A stretch of DNA of 64,000 nucleotides, from the NCBI GenBank assembly GCA_951406725.2, contig OX597820.1, forward strand, positions 78,802,001 to 78,866,000, written 5' to 3'. The stretch is from Octopus vulgaris. Its lineage: Eukaryota. Shown in pieces: positions 33,129-47,242 of the stretch. The first letter of the stretch is position 1. Each line of letters starts with the position of its first letter. The position numbers and the translations under genes were made by a program. The notes below the pieces were generated by a model. It searched no databases. It had not been told where the DNA came from and saw only the letters and a list, made by a program, of their open reading frames with translations.

Positions 33129-35753
33129 TTATATACATGTATGCGTGTGTATATAACTGGGTGTGTGTGTCTTCTTTCACTGATTTCAATCAGTTAAATG
33201 AGTCTCTGCTGTGGGACGCTTTCAAGTGTTTGAAATCGATAATTTCGCACTTATGGACTCAGGTCCAAATTTAATTGATCGATGTTTTTTTTTTTTGTAT
33301 AAAATCAATATGTAAGGAAGATAAAGGGAGACCACGTGAACACAACCGCTGGTTTAATACATGTGTGAGTGTGTATGTGTAGACGCGCGCACACACACAC
33401 ACACACACATACAGTATTTTTACCGGAAAATGTTTGGCAGTAACTGGGAAGTATCGGTTCGGTTGCCGCCTTTGTCTGATGGGGAAAAGAACGAAAAGAA
33501 TCTAACGGAAAAAAATTGCTTTAAACATTACGAGGAGACGTATACTTCCTGCGAAAGAGAAAATCTCTCTGCAGAGGAAGAACTTACATCATACGAAGAA
33601 CTAAGTACCTACCAGATGGGACTAGCCTTCAACTGATTGAAACGAAATTCACAGCCATTTATAAAGAAAACAAAGATTTGTAGTAGCTTCATGTAGGCAT
33701 GGCGTGGATTCGATCCTCGATAGCCGAATTTCATTTAACAGTTCAACAACACTTTTCTCACTGTAAAAAAATAGTTTTTCTGTGAGTGACAGCAGTAATA
33801 TTTGCCAGATGCCTTCACTAAGCAGAATAATGTCTTGCCATTTGAACCTTCTAACCTCATCTAGGCCACTAAAAGCTAGAATAGAGATAACAGACCGCCA
33901 ACGAAATCCATTGTTCTCAACAATATGTCTCTCCTTCTGATTAGTTTTGGATAGTTATAAAAACAAGAACTCTATAAGCCAATGTCCGAGTCTGGCTGAC
34001 CGGCTGAACAAAATGCCGTCTCTGAAAGAAAAGGCACAAAAGAACAACTACGGTAACTCACCAACGAAGCAGTTGTTTCGTCCCACCACGCTCACTTTCA
34101 CTAACTCTCTTTCTTTTCTCTGTTACATTACCATATCTCTCTCTTTATACTATTATGAGATCGTGTACACACATATACAGGCCGAAATTAACTTTCTCTA
34201 CCTTGCATGCTTTACGAACTGTGTTATACTATTACACTAACCTATCCGTGTTATACTATTACACTAACCTATGGCATATATCAAAGTAAAGGTAAATAAA
34301 TATTTCTTTACAACTTCGATCACTGTTCTTCTTTCACATCTTACAACATGCCGTTGCAATAAACCTTTGTCGTTACAGATCTAGTAATTTACTTAGGTGA
34401 AATAAAACATCGGACGCGTTACTCAGAGGTATTGAAAGTTCTTCTAAATTTATTTCAATGTCGGAAACCCTTCCGTTTCGTCTGCAGATATTTCAAGCCT
34501 GTATGCTTCCCCTAAGTGGGACTACGAAGATAGAAATGGACTTCGCGTGTAGTAGGGTTTCATCTGGAGTCTCTTAACCACAGCCACCGCGAGCTGGCTT
34601 TAGTTGCCACGCCTATCTCCTTGATGGTTTTATTCAGTTGTCTGGGTTCCAGACACGTCATCTTCTGGAAATAGTGCAAGACCCACCCGGAATGCGGTGG
34701 CAGCTGACTTCAACAATGAATGAGACTGCATGCCATTTCTTGACAAATGACCTCGTCACCCAAGTTCAGATATTTGATTTTCTTAAGCAGGTGAGAAATG
34801 TCTGCCCTCTTATGACGCAATAAGGTTCAACCACAATGATTGATTTTGCATTCCTGGAAAGTAGGAACGAGTCTGATCGGAGTGATGTTACCGTTAGCTC
34901 CTCCAAGAAGACGAGTTTGCACTTCAGGTCTACTTCCATCTCTCAGTCCGAGCCTGGATGCAGAGTAGAAAACGGATCCCCCAAAAATAATATTAAAGGA
35001 ACAGCCAAACGAAGTATTGACTGAGAAGGAAAAGGGGTCTCAATTCAAACAGTATAAAAGCGACAAATAATAGTTTAAATCTCAGACTTTATGAAGTATC
35101 ATATTTCAGTGATTCGGAAGACATTCGCTCAGTTGCACCAACCCTTTGTGGAAGATGTTTGGATTCTACAACCCTGAGCATCACTGTAAAGAAACACGGA
35201 ACAGTTATCAAAGAAAATGGGAATCAGATCCATGCAAGTGGAAATTAAAATTTTTTTATATATTTTATTTTTTACTTGTTTCAGTCATTAGACTGCGCCA
35301 TGCTGTGGTACTTCAAGGCAGTAGCCTTGAAGGGCCGTGATCGAACAAATTGACATTGTGGAGTTATGTCGAAAGAGCTGTTCTCATGTGTAGAACGGAT
35401 TTAATAAAAGTTTATTTCTCCTTTTTCGATATCAGCGACGGTTCGTCGCTGGAAAAAGCATACTGTATTTTACGAGTAGGGTGAGTGAGTTTTCATCACT
35501 AATTGGTGATTAACACTCGCTGAGGACGGGTAACCACCCAGAAACTTGAACCCGTGTGTATCACGTAAAGCTAAGGATAGGAGCGATGACCTCCTTTCGA
35601 AATACTAATAGGGCACAGAATGTGTGTCGTTGGCCAACTGGAAGAGATGTCTTCCTGTGGCACTGTCCCGTATAGGACGTCACATTTGGGTGGCAATTAT
35701 ATGTGTGTATATATATTTATATATATGTATATACATACATACACATGTATATA

Positions 35754-36328
<575 letters not shown>

Positions 36329-36639
36329 ACGTATGCATTATGTATGTATGTATGTATGCATGTATGTATGTGTGTATTTATGTGTGTATTTATGTCTATG
36401 TGCGTGTCAATGTGTCATTGTATGTATGTATGTATGTTTTATGTATGTATGCATGTGTATATGTATGTATATACGTATGTATATTTGTATGTATGCATAC
36501 ATGTATGTATGTATGTATGTATGTATGTATGTATGTATGTATGTATGTATGTATGCGTGTGTGTGTGTGTATGTATGTGTGAGTGTATATACGTACGTAT
36601 CAATAAGATGTGTATGTATGTCTGCTTAATCATGTCTTA

Positions 36640-36885
36640 GTCGTTTCGTCGTCATCTTACGACGGACAATACGTCACAGGGTGCGCGTGCGTGCGCGCGT
36701 GGTGCGACGTATTTCGATTGTATGTGCTTGCTGGTCGGTGAGCTGGTATGACGGCGGCCCGGGTAACGAGCTGGGCTCGGTGCTACTTGGGTAACAAAGT
36801 GATGTAGTGCGCTGGTGATGGTGGGGAGGGGGGGAGGAAGGACAGTTACAGTCGATAAGATCGGGACACGGGACACGGGACAACT
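36640..36885. promoter_or_regulatory. CpG-rich unique patch, possible regulatory element
   Basis: High CpG density in otherwise AT-rich repeat DNA, about 7 kb upstream of the FoxN exon. Confidence 0.25.
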
Positions 36886-37005
36886 TTAACTCTTATTTCT
36901 CATGACTGCTGCACCGTTCGCCCTCTTTTTGTATAAATTCGACAGCTGATCTGTGTTTATGGATCATATAGTGAAGAAACGTGTGTGACTGACGTTGTGC
37001 TGGCT

Positions 37006-37047
<42 letters not shown>

Positions 37048-37159
37048 GAAAAATTAAATTATACTACTTAGAAAAATTACATATTATAGAAAGATTAAAT
37101 ATAAGATAAAACATATAACAATGATTAAGTAATGTGCAAAATAATAAACAAAACGTATA

Positions 37160-37223
<64 letters not shown>

Positions 37224-37227
<4 letters not shown>

Positions 37228-37540
37228 CGACCAAAGCTTTGTGAGTGGATTTGGTAGACGGAAACTGAAAGAAGCCTGTCGTATATATGTACATATATAT
37301 ATATATACATATGTGTGTGTGTGTGTATATGTTTGTGTGACTGTGTTTGCCCCCCCCCCCCAACATCGCTTGACAACCGATAGTGGTGTGTTTATGTCCC
37401 CGTAACTTAGCGGTTCGGCAAAAGAGACCGATAGAATAAGTACTAGGCTTCCAAAGAATAAGTCCTGGGGTCAATTTGCTCGATTAAAGGTGGTGCTCCA
37501 GCATGGCCGCAGTCAAATGACTGAAACAAGTCAAAGAGAA
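37224..37540 (+). mobile_element. Family A SINE lacking head
   Basis: GGCCGACCAAAGCTTTGTGAGTGG through GAAACAAGTCAAAGAG. Confidence 0.82.
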
Positions 37541-37664
37541 AGAGAAAAGAGAAATATGCATGTATAAAAATGTGGCTATATATACGCATGTTTATATATA
37601 TATATATACGCATATATATGTATACTGTATGTACATATATCATATTTATATAAATTATATATTA

Positions 37665-37840
37665 TATTAGAAGAAATGAGGGACACAGAAATTCGGATGG
37701 TTTTATATTTACAAATATTTATTTGTATATTACATGTTTTTATACATCATATAATTTATATCGTATATCATATATTAGCGCTTTCGCCCATTCTGGTGGA
37801 CTTTTCAAATTGCGTCCATTCTGGTGGATTTTTCAAATTG
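37665..37840 (-). mobile_element. Solo PLE 3' terminus related to the 6358-8954 element
   Basis: Aligns by eye with 6365-6490 (GAAATGAGG...GATGGTT...TTAGCGCTTTCGCCCATTCTGGTGG...TTTTCAAAT). Confidence 0.7.
37773..37811 (-). ncRNA. Minimal hammerhead-like motif, U3-A8 core variant
   Basis: UUGAAAA-GUCCA-CCAGAA-UGGGC-GAAA-GCGC-UA; palindromic stem III AGCGCU; stem I weak. Confidence 0.5.
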
Positions 37841-38170
37841 AAAATATATATATATATATATATTATATATACATATATGCATGAATAAAAATGTGGCTAT
37901 ATGTACGCATGTTTATATATATATACGCATATATATGTATACTGTATATACATATATCATATTTATATATATTATATATTATATATTATATATTATATAT
38001 ATATGTGTGTGTGTGTGTATGCATGTATAAAAATGTGGCTACAAGTAAAAGAGTAAAAGTGTAATATGTGCATATTTAAATGTGTATATGCATATATAAA
38101 TACATGTATGTATTGATATTTACATCTGTATGTATATATATATATATGTGTGTGTGTATACATACATACG

Positions 38171-38241
<71 letters not shown>

Positions 38242-38873
38242 ATATAATATAATATTATTTCATATATTCTTGTATACATATACATTATTTACATAGATGT
38301 ATATATATACATATATATAAACATACATACATACATACATACATACATACATACATACATACATACATACATACATACATACATTCCTACATACATACAT
38401 ACATACATACATACATACATACATACATGTCTATTCCCTTAAGAAAAGGCAACGCCTATGACCCTTTTGGGGGCTTCGAAGAGACTGATGATGGCAGATA
38501 GGGAGGTAGTTGTTTCCAGACCAGAGAGTGGACTCCGTTAAGAAGCACCTCAGAGGCAGCTGGTGTTATAAAACTGGCCAACGGATGGTTTGTGTGTGTA
38601 TGTACATTTAAATATATGTATATACGTACTTACGTACGTATACTTGGGAATGTCTCTCTATATGTATGTACGTATGTATGTTTGTATACATTTATCTATC
38701 TGCCTGTTTATGATAATTTGTAATAAAGGTAACGTGATTGTATATAAATTTCTCTTTCTTTCCGTGATTTTTTTATTTCTATAAATACAAATACATTTGC
38801 GCTTAATTGAATGTTATACAATATATGTATCTGTAATAACTGTGTATGTATATATATATATATATACACAACA

Positions 38874-39030
38874 CAGTAATCTCTCGACTATCACGGGTGC
38901 TACGTTTTAAATACCCCCCACCCCACCCGCGATAGGTGAAAATCCGCGAAGTAGATTATAAATGCAAAACAACGCTACGGAGGATCGACGTAAACTTAAA
39001 TAATAAACTGTGATAGGTGAAGGATTACTA
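38874..39030. mobile_element. Tigger/pogo-like MITE, short copy
   Basis: CAGTAATCTCTCG...CCGCGATAGGTGAAAATCCGCGAAGTAG...GGATTACT; homologous to 31658-32219. Confidence 0.7.
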
Positions 39031-39280
39031 TATATGAAAACAAATAATCGTTTTATATATATATGGATGGATGTATGTATATATATGTGTGTGTAAATAT
39101 ATATATATATATATATATCACAGCTATATATATACATATATATATATACACGCATATATATATGCATATACACATATATTTACATATATAGATATATATA
39201 CATATATCTATATATATATATATGTATATATATATTTATATATATACTAACATACATATATATATATATGTGTGTATATA

Positions 39281-39357
<77 letters not shown>

Positions 39358-39404
39358 ATATTAAAATAATAAATACATGCGCCCTTTAAAAGCCTAGCTA
39401 GGCT

Positions 39405-39622
39405 CATGGGCCCGGTTTCCCGGTTTCTATGGTGTGTGTGTTCCCCAGCTGGACGGGACGCCAGTCCATCGCAGCATTACTCATTTTTGCCAGCTGAGTG
39501 GGTGAGCAACTTGAAATGAAGTGTTTTGCTCAAGAACACAACGCGTCGCCCGGTCCCGAATTCGAAACCACAATCTTACGATCATGATACTGACACCCTA
39601 ACCACTATGCCACGCGCCTCCA
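39405..39622 (-). mobile_element. Family C SINE
   Basis: Reverse-complement homologue of 4262-4510. Confidence 0.75.
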
Positions 39623-39630
39623 CATATGTA

Positions 39631-39663
<33 letters not shown>

Positions 39664-39664
39664 G

Positions 39665-40065
39665 ACGTGGCTTTGTGGTAAGAAGCTTGCTTCCCAACCA
39701 CATAGTTCCGGGTTCAGTCCTACTGCGTGTCACCTTGGGTGTCTTCTATAGCCTCGGGTCGACCAAAGCCTTGTGAGTGGATCTGGTAGACGTAAACGGC
39801 AAGAAACACGTCGCATATATATGTATATATATGTGTGTGTGTGTGTGTGTGTATTTGTGTTTGTCTACCCACCCTCCACCATCACTTGACAACGGATGTT
39901 GGTGTGTTTACGGCCCCATAATTTAGAGGTTCGGCAAAAGAGACCGATAGAATAAGTACTAGGCTTACAAAAGAATAAATCCTGGGTTGGGGGTTCGATC
40001 TGTTCGACTAAAGGCGATGCACCAGCATGGCCGCAGTCAAATGACTGAAGCAAATAAAAGAATGA
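39665..40065 (+). mobile_element. Family A SINE
   Basis: Head, internal microsatellite and tail as in other copies. Confidence 0.82.
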
Positions 40066-40339
40066 AAGAGTATTGGTCGAGTCCATTCTCTTGTGTACTC
40101 TCACAGGCGACAGTCTGTGAGTACACAAGAGTTTTCCAGCAAATAATTCACCTGAAGAATCTGAACACACAGGCGTTATCACTTTCGTTACCATAGCGGC
40201 CGAAACCGGCTCCGGCTCCGGCTCTGTAGTACAAATGTCTTGTTTTCATAAGTTTTGAATTAAAATCTTCCACCAAACCATAGTCGCAATTTATGTTCCT
40301 AACACTAGCTGAATGATAACTAAGTTATTTTGATAAGTT

Positions 40340-40520
40340 ATTTTTCGTCTGCCGTTACGTTCTGGGTTCAAATTCCGCCGAGGTCGACTTTGCCTTTCAT
40401 CCTTTCGGGGTCGATAAATTAAGTACCGGTTACGCACTGGGGTCGATGTAATCGACATAACCCGTTTGTCTGTCCTTGTTTGTCCCCTCTGTGTTTAGCC
40501 CCTTGTGGGTAGTAAAGAAA
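40340..40520 (+). mobile_element. Family B SINE internal module
   Basis: GTTCTGGGTTCAAATTCCGCCGAGGTCGAC...GGGTAGTAAAGAAAT. Confidence 0.75.
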
Positions 40521-40839
40521 TATATTTTGATAAGTTCTTTGTTGTATTTAAAGTAATTGAAATAAACACGGAGTATTTCAAAATAAACACAGTTACGAAA
40601 GAGTAGCAACAGAGAGAGAGAGATATAAATATCATTGAACTCTTGTCTTCCAACAAACAACACTTCACATCTATATAAATGTGTGTGTGTGTAGGTGTAT
40701 GTGTGTGTGTGTAATGATGCATAAATAAATGTGTGTTGCTTGTGTATCAACATTGTCAATGTATTTATTATCTTTTATTACTTAAGTATGTATAAGTATG
40801 CATAACTTCGCTGAACTGTACAATATCATCAGGTAAATG

Positions 40840-40948
<109 letters not shown>

Positions 40949-41047
40949 GTGTTTATGTATAAGAGCTTTTGTTGATTTTTGAGATATTAGTTCAGCAGGT
41001 GTGTGCATATACAGTATGCGGGTGTATACATATATATATATAAATAT

Positions 41048-41178
41048 ATAGCAGAGTAAATTAATTTATTTTATAGAAGGAGCTTCTACAGGACTAGAAC
41101 TGTTTCATTCAAATGAAATGAAACAGTTCTAGTCCTGTAGAAGCTCCTTCTATAAAATAAATTAATTTACTCTGCTAT
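41048..41178. repeat. Perfect palindrome, 62-bp arms with 7-nt spacer
   Basis: 41048-41109 is the exact reverse complement of 41117-41178; spacer CAAATGA. Confidence 0.95.
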
Positions 41179-41230
41179 GTATTGAGTACCTTATTTACTG
41201 TGGTTAACCCCGACTCAACCCGGGACCTAC

Positions 41231-41261
<31 letters not shown>

Positions 41262-41371
41262 ATATACAGATATATACATGCATACATATGTATACATATA
41301 TATACATGCACATACACATAGATATACATATGTATACATATACACACACACATACACGCACACGCACACAC

Positions 41372-41454
<83 letters not shown>

Positions 41455-41879
41455 CGTGTAAAAATTATATATAAAAAATACAAAATGGGACAACACACAT
41501 TCATGTATGTATGTATACGTGTAATAGAGACGTTATGGACATCTCGGCAAGTGTATACACTACAAACATGAATATATATTCAATATATATATATATACGT
41601 ATAAATACATATACATATATATACATGCATACATACATATTCGGATTTGTTATATAACAATTGCGAAGGGTCACTCAAAACTTTTTATGATGGTATTCAT
41701 TTATTTTTACAATGAGAAACGTTGACAGTAACTTCGAAGGTAAAAGGCTCGCTCACCGCTTTCATGTGTGTGAGTAGTCTTGCCTTCCTTTTAGCGTTTT
41801 TTATTTTTTTTTAAACTGCCCCTTGTCCTGTCTTGCCCCACACTTTTTTAAAAACACGGAAAATTTTCCTTGTTTAAAC

Positions 41880-42960
41880 AATACCACTCACCACCACCAC
41901 CACCACCACCACCACCTCTACTACAACTACGATAGTACTACTACTACTACTACTACTACCTCCCAATCCCATTTCCCCTGCCCGTTACTTACTCCCTTAC
42001 TCACCGTCAGTAATAACTGCTACTCCCACTATCACTCAATATTTTCTACCCCTTCCTTCCTTCCTTCCTTCCCACCAGTTGTCGTTCCCCCACTACACTT
42101 ACTACTCATACTACCACCACTCTTTCCCCATCATCACCCCCAACAACTCCTAACACTTTTACCCTCCCCATACCACCCATTTCACTCTTATTCTCTCTGT
42201 CTCACTCTCTTTCACCTCCAATACCCTCACCCAACCTCGTCACTTCTCTCTCTCTCTCGGACATTCCCACCACCACCACCCTCAAACTACTCACAACCTC
42301 TTTCTATTTATCACCACCCCCTTTTAATAAACACACACCCTACCAATACCACCCTACCTCACACATCACATCTCTCCGGCCGTGCAACCTCACCAACTTC
42401 GCCTTAATCTCTCTCTCCCTCTCACTCACTCTCTATCTATCTTTCTATCTGTCTGTGTCACTCTATCTGTCTTTCTATCTTTCTCTCCGACTGCGCTCCC
42501 TACCCACACTTCGCCTTTTCTTCTTTCTTCTCCTTCTCCCTCCGTCTCTCTCTCTCTCTCTCTCTCTCTTTCTATCTATCTACCTATCTATCTATTTATC
42601 TCGCTATCTTAATCTCTCTTCCCCTCTCACGCACACTACCCACATCACAAATGCACGCCCGCAATACCACCCTCATTCCCTTCCTTTCTTCTTCCTCTTC
42701 TTCCCATCGCCCCTCCTTCCACACTTTTCATCCCTTCCTTCCTCTTCTCATACCCCTCTTTCTTCACTTTTCCCTTCTTCTTCCTCCTCCTCCTCCACCT
42801 TCGTCGGTCGGTCGGTCTGTTGACTGGTTGGACGTTCGTGCGGTCGGTCGGTGGGGTCGTTTTGTCGTTTGTCAAGACATTCCGTCGTTGTATATTCAAC
42901 GGCACGTCAGCCGTCAGCCGGGCACGCGACAATCACCTTACCTCGCAGCATTCCCTTTAC
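41880..42960 (+). promoter_or_regulatory. Pyrimidine-rich tract followed by CpG-rich patch; candidate FoxN promoter/5' region
   Basis: About 900 bp of strongly C/T-skewed sequence, then CpG-dense 42800-42950 ((GTCG)n), ~1.1 kb upstream of the FoxN ATG. Position and composition only. Confidence 0.35.
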
Positions 42961-43818
42961 AATGGGGGCCTTCTCTTTCTCTCTCTCTCTTTCTACCTAT
43001 CTATCTATATATATATAAACATCTATATATATTTATAAAACCCACATAACATACTAACAACCAACACTGAACTTCATTAATTATTTTTTCTTTTGCGATA
43101 CCTTAAAGACATACAGACATATAACTCTTTAAAAAGTTACCTGCCTCTATTAATTCCATACAACTTAACAATTATCGATACTGCTATTAACAATAAATAA
43201 CAACACAACTGATACTAATATAATTATTACTATTAACGATAACTTTTTCTAGCTTGTTGCTTAGTTGGGTCGACATTGTGTGTACGCTGGCTGACTCAAG
43301 TTCAAAACCGATTATCCATGGATTATGATATCATATATACTTTTTTGGATTACGCATACCGATATATACACAAACAAGATTGATTGCCTTCATACGGATA
43401 TATAAAAATATTCATACACCTCATATATACATATGCGTATATATAAATGCATACAAAGCAGAATGCAAAAGAAAGAACGTTCATTACAAAATGTTGAGGA
43501 ATTTTGAATCAAACACAAATATGATTTTAATTAAATTTTAATTAAACTTTAATTAAATTTTAATTAATTGAATATTTACATGCACACGAATATCAAATAT
43601 AACCGCTATAAACACAGGAAGACAAAAACAAATATTTTATATATATAAATATAACATAAATACGTGTATATATTTATGCGTGTATGTTTACACTCGGATA
43701 ACTTTAAAAACTTTTATACGTAAAAACTTACATTCAAAATATTTATAAATTCTCTCATATATACATACATACATACATAGACACCCACCCAAACATACAT
43801 ACATACATACATACTTAC

Positions 43819-43849
<31 letters not shown>

Positions 43850-43871
43850 CATACATACATACATACATACA

Positions 43872-43902
<31 letters not shown>

Positions 43903-44096
43903 GGATGGATGTACAATAATAACAAAACTGAACATGTTTATTGAAAGGAAAAAATCACAGTGAATCCTAACAAGTTCCCAGTCCGTTACAAAACAAGGGT
44001 TTGGAGAAAAACAGACAAAGAGGGGAGGTTTAATGAGTGACTGTGTGTGTGTGAGTGTATGCGTATATGTATGTGTGTAACAGGGCTGTAACAGAA

Positions 44097-45368
44097 ATGG
44101 AATTCTTTAATTCACCGTTTCTGGATTGTTCTGATGCTCTGTCGATAAATGCCATGATTGAAACCTTGGACAAAGACGTACAAGGAGACTTGGAACATTT
44201 CTTACAGACTTCGATACCTGAAAATAACAATAATAATAATAATAAGATGGGCTTCGAGATGGATTTACGATCGGATCTTTGCATGTCGGATATGTTAACT
44301 GTCAATGGAGTGGAGCCGGTGTTTAATAATATGATGACGACGATGGCCATGATAACAACTGGCATGATGGGGACGGCGATGGCGGCGCCTGCTGTGTTGG
44401 GAACGACGTCGACGACGACGATGACGGCTACGGCCGAAGCAACAACAACAACATCGATACCAACATCATCATCATCATCGTCATCGTCATTATCGTCATC
44501 GTTGTTATCGACAATAACAACAGTAGCATCGCTGTCTACGATACCAACAACAACAACAACCACCACCACCGCCACACCAACAATAGCAACGACATCAACA
44601 GATGCTGTACACGCTACAATAACAACAGCAACAGTGACATCATCACCATCGCCATCGTCATCGTCATCATCATCATCATCATCGTTATCATCATCATTAT
44701 CATCATCATCATCATCATCGTTATTATTGTTATCGTCAGCAACACCGACATTAACAGTAGCGCCGACGACGGCGGCGACGGCTGCGGCGGCGAACCATCA
44801 GGCAACCAGCAATGGACAAGGTGAGTCGTTAAGTTCTTTCTCGACTGTCGTTTACCGTGACAAAAGCCGGGCAGGGGCAGGAGGAGGGAGAGAAGGTGGT
44901 GCTAGTGGTGGTGTTGGTGGTGGTGGTGGTGGTGGAGGAGGAGGTGAGCTTTTCATGCTTAACAACATCACCAATAACAACAACAACAACAACAACACCG
45001 ACACTATCGACAACACAGAAATAGCAATTGCAACAACAACAACAACAACAACAACAGCAGCAAGTGCCTCACAAACAAAAACAATTAGTAGTAGTGGTGG
45101 TGGTGCTGGTGGTGGTGGTCATTTAATTGGCTGGGCCAACGGTTTCAGAAGCAGCAGGCTGGGCGAGAACTGCACCAACTTCACAATCGTCGGAGGTTCT
45201 CAACGGGTGATCAGTGGACGAATGGTGGACAAAAGCAACAACAACAACTATAACGATACCAGTAATAAACTTAATAATAATAATAATAATATTTTACTTA
45301 GCAATAACAACACTTATAATAATAATAATAGTAATATTAACAACAGTCCGTCTATCAACGACAACAAC

Positions 45369-45399
<31 letters not shown>

Positions 45400-45951
45400 T
45401 TAATAGCAACAGAGATAATGTTAGTTGCTTCGGTAGGAGTATTATCAAAGCTGGGTCGAGAATTGTCCGTGCCGATCGGACATTAGGTCAGCAAAATTCC
45501 GATGTCCTTTGGTCACCCGGTTTATCGCGATTGTCTGAAGTAACGGAATCGAGAGATTCTTCTTCTGTCAATGTTCAGGGAGTTTCTGGATCGAATTTAA
45601 ATGGCAACAGTTTGAGTAGTCTGGCAGGACACAATCTCGGTAACTGTCGTGTGTTTATAGACCATCACCAGCCAAATACGCTTAATGTCGGTTCGAATCT
45701 AGTTATCAACTCGAAAACACGAAACTTGCCCTCGCAGGTCGGCCAGCCGAAGCAATGCACAGCTGTTCTTCTTGGGACGGTAGGACAGCTCTCCAAATCG
45801 GCGGTGACGGCTGCTGCTCTCCAGCAGTCCTTGCTTTCAGGTGCAAGTGGCAATAATTGCAGTAACACCCTGAATGCACTCAACTCGGTAACGGCGACAC
45901 CGCTGTCGCAGGTTTTTGTATTACAAACTTTGGGTCAGGAACAGCAACAAA

Positions 45952-45982
<31 letters not shown>

Positions 45983-46296
45983 ACAACAACAACAACAACA
46001 GAAAGAACAACAACGACAGCAGCAACAACAACAACAACAACAAGCACTGCACTTGCATAACAGCATAAATCTAAGGGACAATGTGCCATTGCAGTTTTAT
46101 CAAAGTTCTGTTGAGTCAGGAAACTACGTCCAAACTCAGCTGCAACAGCAGCAGCAGCAACAACAACAACAACAACAACAACATCAGCAACAACAACATA
46201 TTCAAGCGCAATTACTTCTACAACAACAACAACAACAGCAACAACAACAAGAAAGACTTCAACAACAAAACCAACAACATCTACAATTATTACAAC

Positions 46297-46328
<32 letters not shown>

Positions 46329-46735
46329 CAGCAACAACAGTTAATACATCATCAACTTCTGCAACAACAACAACAACATCAACTACAACAACAGCAGCAG
46401 CAGCAACAACAGCAGCAGCAGCAACACCAACATCAACAGCAGCAGCAGCAACAACAACATGTGTACGCTGAGAACAGAGACAATTGTCCAACGATGTTTG
46501 GAATAAATGGTAAACCACGTCTTGTGGTGAAACCATTAGAGACCCGAGTCCAACACCAGACTGTTGATACATCGGTGCTGGATCTATGTGATGCCATGGC
46601 AGTGTCGCCAGACATGCCAGTCACCGCCAAATGCTACCCTAAACCTGTATATTCCTATAGCTGTCTCATAGCGATGGCTTTGAAAAATAGCAAAACTGGG
46701 AGTTTACCGGTCAGTGAGATTTACAACTTCATGAC
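44097..46735 (+). CDS. FoxN1/4: Forkhead box N1/4-class transcription factor, large exon (N-terminal region + start of forkhead domain)
   Basis: Open frame of ~880 codons ending [33 protein letters not shown](T), the FOXN1/FOXN4 forkhead N-terminus. Perfect donor AC|GTAAGT at 46735/46736 (phase 2). Candidate acceptor AGs at 44082-83 and 44093-94 just before the ATG. The true start is uncertain. Confidence 0.92.
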
Positions 46736-46789
46736 GTAAGTAAACATTATTATTTTTTTTTTTTTGTCATTGTCGTCGTTATTTTATGT

Positions 46790-47095
46790 TTGAGTTTTGC
46801 TTTATATTTGTACAAGTTGGCTCCAAGTCTCACCCAGAGACTTCAAGAGACAACAAGTTAGAAGTTCATGTTGGTGTTATGCCTAGGGTGCCATACATTT
46901 GGTTTTATACATAGTGTTGTTCTAGAGAATGTTTAAGAAACTATAAGAAAATTATGTTTGTTTTAAAATTTGAGATTACATAGAGAGTATTTTACGTAGG
47001 ATGTGGGCAGTTCCCATGAGCACTATCTTTTGAGTTTCTTCCATTTTGGGGTTTCCTGGTATCTGAGCTAGGTAGCAATCAGCCGCTTTTGCTAA
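46790..47095 (-). mobile_element. R4/Dong-like LINE 3' fragment (copy 1)
   Basis: Encodes QKIVLMGTAHILRKILSM* plus 3' UTR; near-identical to the corresponding part of copy 2. Confidence 0.78.
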
Positions 47096-47151
<56 letters not shown>

Positions 47152-47161
47152 GATTATGATG

Positions 47162-47240
<79 letters not shown>

Positions 47241-47242
<2 letters not shown>

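Noticed and set aside
33420-35050. Possible exon or retroelement coding remnant
   Set aside because: Short ORFs without recognisable family motifs.
41823-43049. Pro/Ser/His/Leu-rich ORFs as upstream FoxN coding exons
   Set aside because: Openness is explained by C/T skew; no motif or convincing splice support.
44030-46572. Antisense Val/Met-rich ORFs overlapping FoxN
   Set aside because: Shadow frames of triplet repeats.
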